Assembly: GCA_013265495.1 (NCBI GenBank)
Contig: MU058654.1
Location: 310,001 to 374,000, forward strand
Length of the DNA: 64,000 bases
DNA from: Vicugna vicugna
Lineage: Eukaryota
Direction: 5' to 3'
Shown here: piece after piece, positions 12,377 to 25,567 of the stretch
How positions within the stretch are numbered: the first letter of the stretch is position 1
Layout of the letters: every line of letters begins with the position of its first letter
Translations under genes and position numbers: made by a program
The notes under the pieces: model-generated
What the model saw: only the letters and a program-made list of their open reading frames with translations
Databases searched by the model: none
What the model was told of the DNA's origin: nothing

Positions 12377-13348
12377 GGAGTGGTCCAGGAGAGAGAGTGA
12401 ACGAGAAATATCATGAGTAAGAGGATCGAATGGGAAGACTGGGCAGAAATTTATTTTTTGCCTGGTTTTTGTCTAGAAGAGTGATCTTAGAAATCGTCCG
12501 GCTAAGACCTGATCAGGGCTCTCCCGGTACTTTGGAATCAGCTCCCACAATCCTGGACAGCCCCACATGTTAGCAAATTGAAACAGTTTGTCTCTTTGGA
12601 AGCCCAGGGTATATTTGTTTCACTTTGAACTGGAGAGGGATAAGGGAGCTCACGTGTGCTTTTAGGACTAGCTGCTCTCCAAGTACAACTTTTTTTTTTT
12701 TTTTTTTGACGTGGAAGCAGCTTAGACTACATGAAACTGACACATAGTGTAAATTCAGTGCTCAGAGGTAGAGGGGCTTAAGGTGTGGCTGTGTGAGATA
12801 CGTAAGAACCTGACAGGCATGAATGGCATGCTGTGCTTTTTTGAGCAACCAGAAAGCAACAAAAAGGGAGAGAGGGAAAGAAAGGCTGTTATCTTTCTCT
12901 TTCCAAATTAAAGACCAACATACTTTATTTTCCGCATGCTTTGGACACATACCCATCTCTAAAGAATACTTCTCTAGGCTCACATGCCCCAAAATTCAGG
13001 CCCTTCTCTTTATTTCAAAGCGTCTAAAGATGTCCAGAGGGACAGCAAATCTCTCATAGAGGAAAATCTCCCAAGCTGTGCATTCCTTAGCAAAATGTTT
13101 TTTAAAAATACTGGGGAAATTGATTTGATTCAGGGTATTTCTGAAGAATACATATATTTACTTAAAATGCATAAATATCTAAGTACAAAAATAAGCTTGT
13201 ATAAGGAATAAAAGATTTTTCAATAAATGGCTGTGTAGAAACATTTTCTGTTCAATCCAGCAAGGTGTTCTTTCAATATACAAAAATGTACATTTAATTT
13301 TGGAATTATTTAAAAACAAACCAGACCTTTCATCCTTTCATTTACGTG

Positions 13349-13389
13349 CACACACACACACACACACATGCATGCACACATGCACACAC
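13349..13389. repeat. (CA)n microsatellite
   Basis: Direct reading. Confidence 0.9.
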
Positions 13390-14388
13390 TTCCTACCATG
13401 AATTTTTAGAAGCCAATAAAGAAACATTGTGACATCATTACTATAAAATGAAAGTATGTGCTAATTATTCTTTCCATTTAATTAGAAAGTATTATTTCCT
13501 GTTTTTCAAATCAGCAATTTCTCTCTGAACAATGGATTAGGACACACCTTCAAACAATAATTAGAAAAAATAATCTGCTTCCAGAATATTTAAGGGTGAA
13601 GTGCCAGATGCTACTGGCAAAATCTATGGTATCTTACCGCCATCTACTGACCATTGTTCACATGCAGTGATTTAAAGGTACAGGTTTAAATTTATAGAAC
13701 TGAAAGAATTTTAGAACCAAAACACTTTGAAAGTTCTACTGAAGCTACTGGAACTTCCATTACTTGGAAGTTTGCTCCAAATGCTTGAAAACACTTTCTT
13801 AATCTGAGCTGAACTCTATCTACTCACAACTACTGCCTCCTGGGCTTGGTTTTGCTTTCTGTAGCTTTGTTGAGATTGTTGATTCAATTTCCCTCTTAAT
13901 CCTTCAGAATTCGGAAGGCAGGGCTCCAGTCCTTTCTCCTGTCCCCACCACAACCCACACACACACACACACCCAGTCTCTTCTCCAAGCTTCTTTCCTT
14001 TCCCAGCTCCACATCTGAATGGTTTCAGGTCCCCCTGCATGCCAGATGGCTGTCCTCTAAACATACTTCCCTTCGTTTACTCTTCTCTTTAAATGTTGAT
14101 TCTGAAAGAAAACACTTTGCAGAACAGGTTGATCACCTCCCTTTGCCCAGCATGGTCTACCTTTATTAATGCAACCAAAGGTCACGCTAGGATAGTTTGA
14201 CAGCCACAAACACCATGGAACGATTTGTCCTCAAGCAGATCTTTTCTATATGTGCTGCTTACTACTAAGCCATGACTTCCTAATAGACTTTGCAGTTGTT
14301 TTCTTTTTAAACTAAGAAAACATCCTTCCATCCAGTCATGACATACACTCTTCTTAGAGATGGCCCAGGCTTCCAGCTTGCCAAAGCA

Positions 14389-14596
14389 TTTTTTATTGAA
14401 GTATAGTTGATTGGCAAAATTGTGTTAGTTTCTGGTGTACAGTTACATGTATATATATATTCTTTTTTGTTAGAGGTTATTACAAGCTGTTGAATATAGT
14501 TCCCTGTGCTATAGGACCTTGTTGTTTATGTATTCTGTGTCTAATAGTTTGTATCTGCTCATCCCAAACTCCTAATTTATCCCTCCCCCTCCCTTT
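14389..14596 (-). mobile_element. Young L1 3' end, antisense
   Basis: ttattgaagtatagttgatt...ttgaatatagttccctgtgcta...tcccaaactcctaatttatccctcccc is the reverse complement of the 3'UTR at 4230-4465; CATTTTT on both flanks is a plausible TSD. Confidence 0.9.
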
Positions 14597-14749
14597 CATT
14601 TTTGTATCCTAATTCTAACATCTTTTCCAATTTGGAAGTGGTCATCCATTTGTCATTTAGCAATATTATTACTTAATTAGTATAACATCAGTGGCTCCCC
14701 CTACCAATCACGTTTCTATATTTCTACATAGGTCTTCCAGGTTGATCAG

Positions 14750-14840
14750 GTACCTTATGGAAAAGTGTCAGTGATGTCATTCATGTGCTTTGCACAGTGC
14801 CTAGCACATCATAAAACCTCAACAAGGGATAGCTATTCCT
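14750..14840 (+). mobile_element. MIR 3' fragment
   Basis: gcacagtgcctagcacatcataaaacctcaacaagggatagctatt resembles the MIR tail. Confidence 0.6.
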
Positions 14841-15873
14841 CTGATGATCGTTAATAAAAATGATTAGTACAGATGTAGGATATAAACGTATCCCATGGCA
14901 TAAATTGCCATTATGCTAATATCTCTTACAATGATAAAGTCGTTCAATCAGTTCCAACCTCTAACTCGAAGCCCATCTTTTTCCTTTTCTGTGCTTCCCA
15001 GTTCCTCGCAGATAGGCAAACGATTGGACCAGCTTCTCCAGCAGGAGAGTCAGCTCCTAGGGGATAATTTCTCTTAGCCAGGAGCCTTGGCACCTGAGGG
15101 CAACTGGGAATTCACTCATAGAACCCCCTCCCTGCTGCACCCCAGCCTGGCCTCCATTTTGCTCCTAACATACATTCTTCCTCTTGAGGGAAAAAAACGA
15201 AACAACAACAACAAAAAAGCAATGTTCTCAATCAAAGAGAAGTTGAGGCAAAGAGCAGGGGAATGGCCTCCAGCTTCCCTCTTGGCTCTGTGGCCGTTGT
15301 TGGAGCCACCTGCTCTGGGCAGGGGCCCTGTCTCCCGTGGTTCCTACTCTTGTAACAGTAACCAGAGTGTGACAGTGACACTCAGGTCCCTGAGCCTTGT
15401 GAGTTTCAGGTCATTCTGCGACTGGTATAGACTGACACAGTGCCAGTATCCATCCCCTGCTTTCTGCTCTTTGGAATGACCCAGATTGGATCTATGTAAG
15501 CCAGTATTATTCCATTTTAATAGAACTCTGAATGGATTGGGGTCTAATAACCTACTTTTTAACTCCCGAAAATTGGGACAAAATAGAAAATATTCTTTTT
15601 ATCCACAGCATCTCTAAAGGGTTTATTGAGGGAGAAGGCTAAAACCTATAAAAAATATAAAATCAAACCATTCACCAAAATTTCAATCATGTATACCCTA
15701 AAAAAAAAACTTAGTTTTTAAACGTTGAAAACAGTTCAGTTTTTTTAAAAAATTCGTTAATAACTGAAAACCTGAAAAAAGACCCAATGAGTAAATCAAT
15801 CCTCCTGTCTTGATAAATATCATAGGGAGCATCTAAAACTTTCAATTGCTTGCCAAAAAATGTTAAGTTCTGT

Positions 15874-16010
15874 GTGGGAGCGTGTAGCTCAATGGCAGAG
15901 TGTTTGCTTAGTATGCCCGAGGTCCTGGGTTCAATCCCTAGAACCTCCATTAAAAAATAAATAAATAAATCTAGTTATCCCCCCCTCTAAAAAAAAAAAA
16001 AAACAAAAAC

Positions 16011-16041
<31 letters not shown>

Positions 16042-16058
16042 AAAAAAAAAAAAAAAAA
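15874..16058 (+). mobile_element. Camelid tRNA-Ala-derived SINE (vic-1 type) with long A-tail
   Basis: A box (tagctcaatgg) and B box (ggttcaatccc), then cctccattaaaaaataaataaataaatctagttatccccccc and a 70-nt A-rich tail (15989-16058); degenerate TSD TAAGTTCT 15864-15871 / TAGGTTCT 16059-16066. Confidence 0.92.
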
Positions 16059-16610
16059 TAGGTTCTAGAATACCAAATTTTTATGTCAAAGTTGTAAAAT
16101 ATTGAGGGGAACGGAAATTAGCTAAATAATCATCAATAAAGTTTGATCCAAAGACCTTCCCCACTCAAGGAAGACCTTCCTTGCTTGTGGCTTGGAGTTC
16201 CGTGAGAACCATCACTCCGTCTCCTGATTTCTAGGTTTCTAAACTGTTGGAACTGGAGTCTGCACCGAGCTTTTGACTCTGACCAACCCGGGTAGCAGGA
16301 TGCTGTAGACATCCAGGAAACCTTTAACGCGGTGCTGATGCTGAGATTCGAATGGAAAGGGCGGTACAGGGTTTGTGCATTTCCGCTGTGTGCCTTTCCC
16401 GCTCTGGTCTCCTGCCAGGCACGCTCACGTTTAAACATAATCATCATGCATTGCTCCCCTTGACCACTATTTCCTCTTCCCTCCTCTGGAAGCTTCTCAA
16501 AACCATAGCCTCATCCACAGTCTCCAGTCTCTCTCCCTCTTCTTTTCTCTCTCCCCACCTTGCTCTCTCTCAGATTTTCTTTCATTGCAGTTTTGTTTTA
16601 AAATAAATGT

Positions 16611-16709
16611 ATACTGTATGTATTTTTTTTAATGGAGGTGTTGGGAATTGAACCCAGGACCTCGTGCATGCTAAGGATGCGCTCTACCACTGAGCTCTAC
16701 CCTTCCCGC
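16611..16709 (-). mobile_element. Camelid tRNA-Ala-derived SINE (vic-1 type), short form
   Basis: Reverse complement reads gggaagggtagagctcagtggtagagcgcatccttagcatgcacgaggtcctgggttcaattcccaacacctccatt; perfect 10-bp TSD AAATAAATGT at 16601-16610 and 16710-16719. Confidence 0.93.
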
Positions 16710-16957
16710 AAATAAATGTTTAATGATATCAAATTACAAGTTAGAACACATTTTAAGAAAGCAAAGAGGATAAAGGGTTTTCAGTATAACAAAGATCTGA
16801 GTGTCCCAAGTCACCCCAGTTCAGTTCCCCAGAACTCTTCTGATTCCTTTCTTTCCTTCTTGTGATTGCTTCTACAACCTCTAAAAAGATGCTATTTCTG
16901 GATTTATCTTCTTACGACATTACCTATTGAATTGTGTGTTGTTGTTATTTTTTTTTA

Positions 16958-17060
16958 AATCTCCCCTCTTCGTTAGAACAGAAGCTTGGTGAGAGCAAGG
17001 CCTTTGCATCTTGGGTTTCTTGCTCTCACTGTGGATACATCTGGAACAACTAGAATTCCA
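16958..17060 (+). mobile_element. L2 3' fragment
   Basis: tctcccctcttcgttagaacagaagcttggtgagagcaaggcctttg resembles the L2 3' terminus. Confidence 0.6.
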
Positions 17061-18319
17061 TTGTATCTCATTTCCAGTTTTTCCCCAAAGAAATAGCAGG
17101 ATGAAAACCACAGACACTGGTTGCCACATCCTCTTTCGGATATCTAGTAAAGTATGAATCTTTTGCCTTTAGCGTGTACCCTCTCTCCTTCATCAGCCAT
17201 CATGATCACCCCCACTTATTCTAGTGGAGAAAAGCAAGCAAATGCCTTTTTTTTTTCTACCATTACATCAATCGTAGCTGAGATCACTCGGTTTTCCTGG
17301 CTTCAAAGTTGATTTTCTATGTCTTCATTTGTGGAAGGAAAAAATAGATTACTATGACACCATATTTAAAGTTTCGAAAATGTTAACTTGAATTAATGGA
17401 AATTCAAGGAGCACAGAAAATAAATTTGAACAGCTCCTTTTGAAACCAAAACCAAAAGGAAATTCCAATTAACGCTGAATCGTGTGGGTGATCCTGTTGG
17501 GACTCGCCAGCTTGCTCTTGCCTCCTCTTGTCTGTGGCGACTTACTCTGGCATATCCCAAAGATGAAGGATGCAGAAAAGGGACCAGGGTGCTCTTTACC
17601 CTGTAAGGTTCTCCAATGTTCGTTCTTCCCTCCAAGACAAGCAGCATGCAGTCACATGAGCCCCAGACACACACTCAGGTTTGGCAGGAACCCCAATACA
17701 CACACATACACCATGCAATGTGTCTGTTTAAAAATCAGATTTATTTTGTTTCATTGTAGCAAGAAAAAAAGAGAACCAACAAGCCAGGAAGCAAGAATAC
17801 ACACACAGAGACACACACATGCACACACAGACACACAAACACGTCTATGCACAGATCATGACTCAGCAGAAATTGTGGCTTCAATGGGAGAAACAGCAAT
17901 TTGTGGGATATATTTGAAAAAAAGAACCACTTTCATTATAACAGGGTTATTTCCCTCTTGAACAGGCCTTGCCCAGTAACTGGCACAAAACTGGCCTCTT
18001 GAATAGAGTTGTTTTCCTCTATTTCTTTCCAGAAAGGCCACTTTCTTTAGTTCATGCATGCAAGTAGCATGCTTCTTCTTGTAAGAGATTAACCTATCAG
18101 GGGCCCAACATATTAAAATAAATAATGGACTTCAGTTTAACATGCTAAAGTTGAGAACTTGCCAAAATAAAATCTCCCTGGCATGGATCTCAGTCTCTAC
18201 AGCAGGTGCCTTCAGTCCCACGCGGAGGAGGAAGGAAATACACACAGCAGGTGAAGGAGCCCCGAGCACGTGGCGATGTGCGGGTGGCAGACCTCAGAGC
18301 ACAGGTGGGAGCCATTCGG

Positions 18320-18497
18320 CCCTGGGTTCAAGCTGTCCCTTTGCACAGCGTCTGGGAGTCCACGGGTGCCCTCTCTCTGAAAGACTTACTTGTAGCATCT
18401 GGGATAAAATGGTGATAATGAAATGAAATGTTGTGTATGAAGCACTTGACACAAAGCCTGGCCCTTGGTAAGTTCCCAAACAATATTAGCAATTATT
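18320..18497 (+). mobile_element. MIR SINE
   Basis: ctgggttcaa...taaaatggtgataat...gaagcacttgacacaaagcctggccc...aatattagcaattatt. Confidence 0.65.
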
Positions 18498-18899
18498 GCC
18501 TTTTTAAGTCAACACCTCATTTCCGGATGTTGTCACTGACTTGATGTGCTTACGTGCTATGTCAGTCTGAAGCATGACGTATCTGAACCCAGGAAATTGG
18601 CGAGAGGGGCAAAATTAAATGCCATTAAGTTGTGCAAAGGTGTTATTTTATCAGGTAGACATGAGCAAATGTAAGATCAAGCCGTTTGGAATTAAAGGTA
18701 GATGTTGTAAAACCTGATGTCTTTTGCTTTCATAACTCCCCTAGGACCGCAGGGAATGTCTCATCTCTCATTTTACAGGGGAGGAAGCTGGGGGACACAT
18801 TGCTGCTGAATCCCTGTGGCTCAGCTGCTAAGTCAGAAGAGGTCAGTAAAATGAAGAAAGATCAAGATAATCTTGTCCGATCTCCTAATTTTCAATAAT

Positions 18900-19610
18900 A
18901 AATAAATGAAACCCAAAGATCTAAATATCCATCCGTTCGACTTACCAGCTGAATGTCTGAAAAAAATTTTACATGCTAAATAAACGTTGGTGTCATTTTT
19001 CATTTTCAAAAAACGGTAACACCCAATGTTAATGATGGTTCAGGAATTTTCTAGAAAACAATTCCATCTCATATTGCTCTAGGGGAAGGGCACTGCCACA
19101 TCTTTTCCTAAAAGTGGCTTGGCAGCACGTTTCAAGGGCTCCAAAGTGTGCTTCCCCTTGAATCATATAATTCCATTATTATAAATTTATAGGAAAAGAA
19201 TAATCAGATGTACACAAGGCTTTGTATTCAAAGATGTTTACTATGGAATTAGTTACAATAACTAAAAAATATAGGAAAGGTAACAACCTATCCAATCCAG
19301 AGGGTAGTTGTGGCACATTCTTACGATCAAATCCTCCACAGCCAAAATGTAACCTGCAATATTTTTTTTAAATAAGAGAACTCTACGGCAGATCATTAAG
19401 AGAGAAAAGGAAATTACAAAACAGTGTAACCCACACAATTTCTGTTTTGTTGAAAAATAGTAAGTATAATATTCTTATAATCACCAAAATGTAACCCTTC
19501 GTGGTTAGATTGAGGCAAGGATTTGTTTCTGCTCTTTTTGTATATGTTCTAGATCTTCTCTGATGAACTTACATAAATTTCAATCTGAAAAATATTACTA
19601 AAGAAAAAAT
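18900..19610 (+). mobile_element. Ancient L1ME-type 3' region
   Basis: Decayed ORF2 end (aattccattattataaatttat...aaagatgtttactatggaattagttacaata) plus L1ME-like 3'UTR (caccaaaatgtaaccc...tgatgaacttacataaatttcaatctgaaaaa). Confidence 0.65.
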
Positions 19611-20621
19611 AGATAAATACACATGATAAAAGCTAAGAAGTCAGTTGGGTGGAGTGCTACACGGGGAAATGGAGGGATAAGCAAAAGCCAGGGGGAGGTT
19701 TTGCTTTCGACTTTTGGAATAAAGCCAGCAGAGTCCTCCAGTTAAAATTACAGCCGAATTTTAAGAGCATCCTATTCTTTCCAATCCCTCGTCCTTCCTA
19801 GACTGCAGCTGTCTTCAAGCAACCTATGAGTAATTAAAATGTGGCCCACAGACAGACCTCCACGTTTTGATAAATACATGTTGATAAAAGGCAGACGGAG
19901 AAATGAATGTGTATTTCTTGTGAATATAATCCTCTCCAAACATGCTGAAGCGTTTCCCCGTAGCCCCGCATTTTGGGTGGTTTGCTCATATACTTTTGAT
20001 TAAGAGCAATATTCGTATCATATATCATCCACTTAAAAGAAAGAGCGAAAACAAAGAAAAAGGATCTGGCCCCAGAAGGCAAACCTATGTAGAAACCTTG
20101 GCCTTGGTTCCTCGTGAGTTAGAGGCCCTGTCCTCCAACGCCGGGCGGGGGCCAGCTCTGCTCCAAAAGTTGAAAAAAGCACAGTGATTACTAATATATC
20201 AGGGATCCCAACACTTCCAAGTGAGTCACTGCTTTAGCCTAAGAAATGCTTGTGAAGTCTCTGTCTCCAAAGGAGGGTAGAGAAGTCTTTGATGGAACAG
20301 CCAAGTCAAACTAAACCGAACATGTCTTAAAGGTACAGAGTTCCTGAGGCTTGGGGCGGAGGGGCGGTGGCAGGACGGGGTAGGGGGGTGGTGATGAAAA
20401 TAGTGAGCAAAGAGCATTTTTAAAGGTAACAGCATATTTAAATGAAATTTCAGCTGAAGCACTGAGATAATAGATCTTCCAAAGTGATGTCTCAGACTTG
20501 ACTGCAGCATCCTCAAAAAGGTACTTAAAAACCGGTCACAAGACTCTTGAACACCTCACCTACAGTGAATGTATAAAAGGACCTGAAGCATTTGTGAATC
20601 TGACCAGCACAGGGTTGGCGG

Positions 20622-21106
20622 ATAAAAAAGAATGAAATAATGCCATTTGCAGAAACATGGATGGACCTGGAGATCATCATTCTAAGTGAAGTAAGCTGAA
20701 AGAGACAGAAAAATATCATGATATTACTTATATGTGGAATCTTAAAAAAAAAAAAGGCGCAAATGAACTTATTTACAAAACAGAGACAGACTCACAGACA
20801 TAGAGAACAAACTTATGGTTACCAGGGGTGAAAGAGGGTGGGGAGGGATAAATTGGGATTCAGGATTTGCAGATAATAACCACTATATATAAAATAGATA
20901 AACAACAAGGTCCTACTGTACAGCACAGGGAACTATATTCAATACCTTGTAACAGTCTATAATGAAAAAGAATCTTAAAAGGAATTATATATATACGTAC
21001 ATATGTATATATGTATCTGTATTACTGAATCACTATGCTGTACACCAGAAATTAACACAACATTGTAAATCGACTCTACTTCAGTTAAAAACTTAAAATT
21101 TAAAAA
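20622..21106 (+). mobile_element. Young lineage-specific L1 3' end
   Basis: Closely similar to 4026-4465 (WMDLEIIILSEVS, same 3'UTR); A-rich tail. Confidence 0.93.
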
Positions 21107-22049
21107 GAACTGAGGTGAGAGATGCCCAGAGATCGCTGTGTGTGCACATGCACACGTGCACACACGGGCACAAGAGAGGAAAAGAGAAGGAGAGAGAGTG
21201 AGAGAGAAAGGGAACAAGCTCAGAACGGAACAGCTTCGTTCTAAATAAACGTCAAGACTGAGGGTACAGAGCTTGACCTCCAGGACAACTTCAGCCAAGG
21301 AAGACGTTTCCTGCTCTGCTGTTCCCTTCAGTCTTTTCCTTGCCGGGACTTGAAGCTTGCAGGCGTCCCTGACCACTCCGAGCACGATGGGGGAGGCAGT
21401 GTGGAAGCACTGGGTGGGATGAGGGGGAAGTCAGCTGGCCTGGCTCCTCTGCCCCCGAGCCGGCCTGCAGAGATGGAGCCAGAAATGCAGGGCAATTCTG
21501 AAGGAAGAATGCTGTCCTCTTATTAATAGGACTAGACGCTGACATTTTTAAATTGAAGCAGTGTTTTGTGACTCCAGTGACTGGAGACTCTAACGGTGAT
21601 GAAAAAATCACAGATGAACCAGGGGTCAACTATTCAGAGTGGATTTAAAGGTAAATGAAAGATGGGAACATAGCTGCTTTCCAACTGCACCCAGGAGTCG
21701 TGCTTGTCAATGTGAGGACTTCATTTATTTTTTTAAGGTTTATGTGTATGATTAAGAAAGTTTTATTATTGGGGGTTGCTTTTTGTTATGATTTTAAATT
21801 TCAAACTCTAAGTAAAGCAACCAGTAATGTTTTGGCTATATCTTGGGTTTTGATGATGCAGGAAACATGCAATGGAAAAAAAAAAAAGAGTTGCATAAAT
21901 CTCAGGTTGATAACACTGAGCTCTTTGCTGTTAGCGTAACTATTTGCAGAGTAAATTGCATTTTAATTCAGAAAGGGTTCCCACTCTCATCTATAGCCAA
22001 GACTTTGAAGGGAAAGGAATCAAGTATTCTTTGGCCCTATATGGTGTAG

Positions 22050-22200
22050 GCTATATTTCAACTTATCCCCACAACCACCCGTTGATTTGGCCATGATTCC
22101 CAATTTACAGATGCAAAAAGTTAATGCTTAGAGGACCTTACCCAGCTAGTAAGAGGTGAAGCCTTGATTCAAGGCCAGGTATGACTCTTTGAATGCTCTG
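22050..22200 (-). mobile_element. MIR SINE
   Basis: atccccacaaccacc...cccaatttacagatg...cccagctagtaagaggtgaagcc. Confidence 0.7.
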
Positions 22201-23359
22201 TCCAACAGTCCTGCCAATGTCATCTTTGGCCACAAGAATGGACCACTATGTCCTAAGCTCCAGTTCCCATGGACCAGCTGGAAACATTCCACCTGCACAA
22301 CATTCCATCAGTCTCTGGCCTATGGAGACTAACCCTCAGTTAGTCTACTGAGTGAACCTCCTCTCCAGATCACCTGGTCCATGAGGTCCATGAATGTGCT
22401 GCACCCCACTTCACCCCACCCCACAAGGGGGTCCCTAAGATGCAACAACACATAGCAGAGTAGGGTACAGAATCTGTCCTGAGCCTGGCCCCTGAACCTT
22501 AGTGAGACAGAGTGAAGACCAAGCAGTGGCTGAAAACTAACTTTCTCCCACTGACCTGCTGACCAAAGATGGTGAGCGGTGGCCACCAAGGCCCAGATGT
22601 TGCAGGGCCTCCATGTCCTCATCCAAGAAGGAAGTGGTCAGGCTCTGTGTCCTCAAAATCACTCCTCCACCCACTCCTCAGGGCCCAGAAGTCAGAGAGG
22701 CCTGAGAGACTTCAATTTTTTTTTTTATATCCAGTCATCTTTTTAAATTTGAGATACACTGAAATAAGAGTTATAAAACTTGTGATAAATCTTAATTGTT
22801 CGCATTTTAAAATTAAGTAAAATGATGAATACTGTTGTCTGACCCCTGTCAGTGTATCTGTGGCTACTGCAACCACTTGACTCGGAAATGGGGCCACAAG
22901 TTTAAAGTTGAGACCCTATCTGAACAAGAGGCTGTCCTGCACTGACCCCATGATGGGTTCTGCCCCAAAGGGCCTCTGCAACACACACGAAAGTATTTAA
23001 GGTTATGTTATGACTTTTCGAGATGAAAATGCTACCTGTCATTCAGCAATTTTTGAATGGCCCACTAACATATTCTAAAGTTAAAACATCTGGGTTTTGA
23101 TGGATCCACTCTCTCATCATTGGTCATGATTCCTCCAAGGAAGCCACAGAAGGCAGAGCATCTGATTCTCAGTCTCTAGCAAGGTTTTATTTTCCCTGGA
23201 TTCAGAGGTCACCATCTAACACTTCAGGGTGACATCAAAATAATGGGTCAGAAGATATCTTTCAGTGGAAACTCTGAGACCTGCAGCAAAGTAAAAGGAG
23301 TGATTGGAATTTATGACAACATGAGTACTAATTGAATGTCTCCTATGGGTCAGTGAGTA

Positions 23360-23545
23360 TGTGTGATGGTTAAACACATGGACTTTGGAGTCAGACAGAT
23401 CTGAGCTCAATTCTTACCTACCAGGTGTATGTAAATATTCCCATTTTATTAATGGCCTTTTGTCAGCCATAAAGAGTTATTGTCAGGGTTAAAGATAATG
23501 TGGCTTGGTACCTGGTGTCTTGAAAGTACCCAACAAATATTAGTC
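23360..23545 (+). mobile_element. MIR SINE
   Basis: tggttaaacacatggactttggagtcagacagatctgag head and tail-like end. Confidence 0.7.
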
Positions 23546-24044
23546 ACAGCTGCTCTTGGCACTGAAAACATGGATGGTCATAGAAGTAATAGTAACAGTG
23601 ATGAAAAAATTATGACAAAGAATTTTTTTCCATCCGTTTATGTCTAAGTGAATAGATAAGATACACAAAATAGTTTGGTATTGAAGGGAGCCCCCAGAAG
23701 GGCACAAAGTGGTTGAGAACATCTTAAGAGAGGTGACAGCCTGAAGAGTGAGCAAAATTGGATGAGCACAGAAAAGATGGGAAGTATGGTTAGCACAGGG
23801 TATGGTCGGCATAAGCAGAGGCTAGATGGGCGAAAGGAACCCAGGAGGGCGTGTGGAGGCAGTATGGTGGGACATGAATCCATGAGCCAGTGTCACCCTT
23901 CTCCCCAGTCCCAATCTCAGAACCAAGAAGGTGGTGGCCAAGCCAGTGAGGGGTCCCATCCAGCTGCCAGTGATACCTATTCTTTACTCATGGATTTGTT
24001 CACTCAACAGACATGGGTTTCCAGAATGTTCTGGTCCTTGTACT

Positions 24045-24365
24045 GATAGGGACTTTCTGGAAGCAATCAAGTGAAAATGAGGTCATTAGGATGGATCCTA
24101 ATCCAAGAAGACCAGTATTCTTATAAAAAGGGGATATTTGGACAAAAACATGCATAGAGAGAACACGATACGAAATACACAGGGAAAAGATGGCAGCCAA
24201 CAAGCCAAGGAGAGAGCTCAGGAACAGGTCCTTCCCTCGCTGCCCTCAAAACGAATCAGCTCTGCTGACACTTTGACCTTGACTTCTAGCCTCCAGAACT
24301 GTGAGACAATGAATTTCTGTTTTTTAAGTCACCCAGTGTATGTTACTTTGCCTTAACTAAGGCAA
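24045..24365 (+). mobile_element. MLT1 (MLT1B-like) ERVL-MaLR LTR, partial
   Basis: atgaggtcattaggatggatcctaatccaa...gacttctagcctccagaactgtgagacaatgaatttctgttttttaagtcacccag. Confidence 0.85.
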
Positions 24366-24479
24366 ATAGGAAGTTGTAGCTAAAAGTCTTACTAATTGCT
24401 TTTGTTTTAAATTTTATTTAAGAAAGCCAACATCGCTGTGGCATAGATAAAATGGCACTTGGCTCTATCCTGTAAGTCT

Positions 24480-24790
24480 TTTTGCAGCTCTCTGCCTGGA
24501 AGGTCCTAGTTCCTGTCTTCTCAGGGGTTTCCTCTCCTTCAAAATCCAATTCAAGCATCCCATGCACTAGGAGACTTCCTGGTGCCCTCACATCCCCATG
24601 AGTAAATCCCTTCTTCAGCTGTTCTACTGATACTCAGATTTTATATTGTATGTTTTGTTTATATGTTTTCCTTCTCAACCAGATTAAGAACTTATTGAGG
24701 TCATTTCTCTTCATCAGCTTTGTACTCCCAACACAAGACCTGATACACAGTAGGCGCTTAATAATGCTGTGCTGCAGTATATCTATGAAT
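24480..24790 (+). mobile_element. L2 3' end
   Basis: ctctctgcctggaa...aagacctgatacacagtaggcgcttaataatg. Confidence 0.7.
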
Positions 24791-25384
24791 GGATCATTAG
24801 AGACCACTGTTACCACAAACCAGCTGCTGCAGTTAGACCTACATAAATTATAAAATAATAATTAGGACAGGATAAGTAAGCATAGATTCTCTCCACAAAT
24901 TCCTGAATAACAGAACTCTGAAGACACCATCTGGACCGTGATGGAGGCAGATAGAGGATACGTAAAAAAAGTGCTTCTTGATTTTAAGTTTAAAGTCATA
25001 TTGTATTAGCAGTTACCTATTGCAGCTGCTTCCCACTGAAGCATTTAGAAGGACCCAGAAGTAGGTGAAGATTTCTAAGTAGCCAGGTAGCCATCCCTCT
25101 CCTGCAAGCCCTCTGAAGCAGAGGTCAGTTTCCCTCCCTAGTCCATCATCATCACCTCTATTCTCATACCCATCAGAAACAAAAGTGTAATAAAATAATT
25201 GCTCCCTGGAGAGGGTGGTTTTTACAAATAAAATGCAAGAGGGAAGAACAGAGACAGAAAGAGCATGTGGTGGAGTCTGTCATTTTCCGTACACTTTATC
25301 TGTTCAGGATGCCAGATAACCAGGCAGTTGTGGTGAGAGCAACACCCAGGTTGACGTCCCAGAGCTAAAAGGACCCTGGGAATC

Positions 25385-25533
25385 CAGTTAAGCATTTGTT
25401 TAAGGTGATACCTGATGAATCATGCCCTGGATAACCTAGAGGGTAGAGGTGGAAGCTTTGACTTACTTCTGACCAATATGGAAAAGATGATAAAATGGTA
25501 CCCATTGTTACCTTATAAGATTCTATGTGTGTC

Positions 25534-25567
<34 letters not shown>

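Noticed and set aside
15874..15950. tRNA gene (Ala/Thr-like)
   Set aside because: Has a SINE tail, A-tract and TSD, and the stems are degenerate. The same applies to 16631-16707.
17482..17961. Longest ORF (159 aa) with a signal-peptide-like start
   Set aside because: Starts at GTG, runs through (CA)n sequence (HTQRHTHAHT) and has no recognisable domain.
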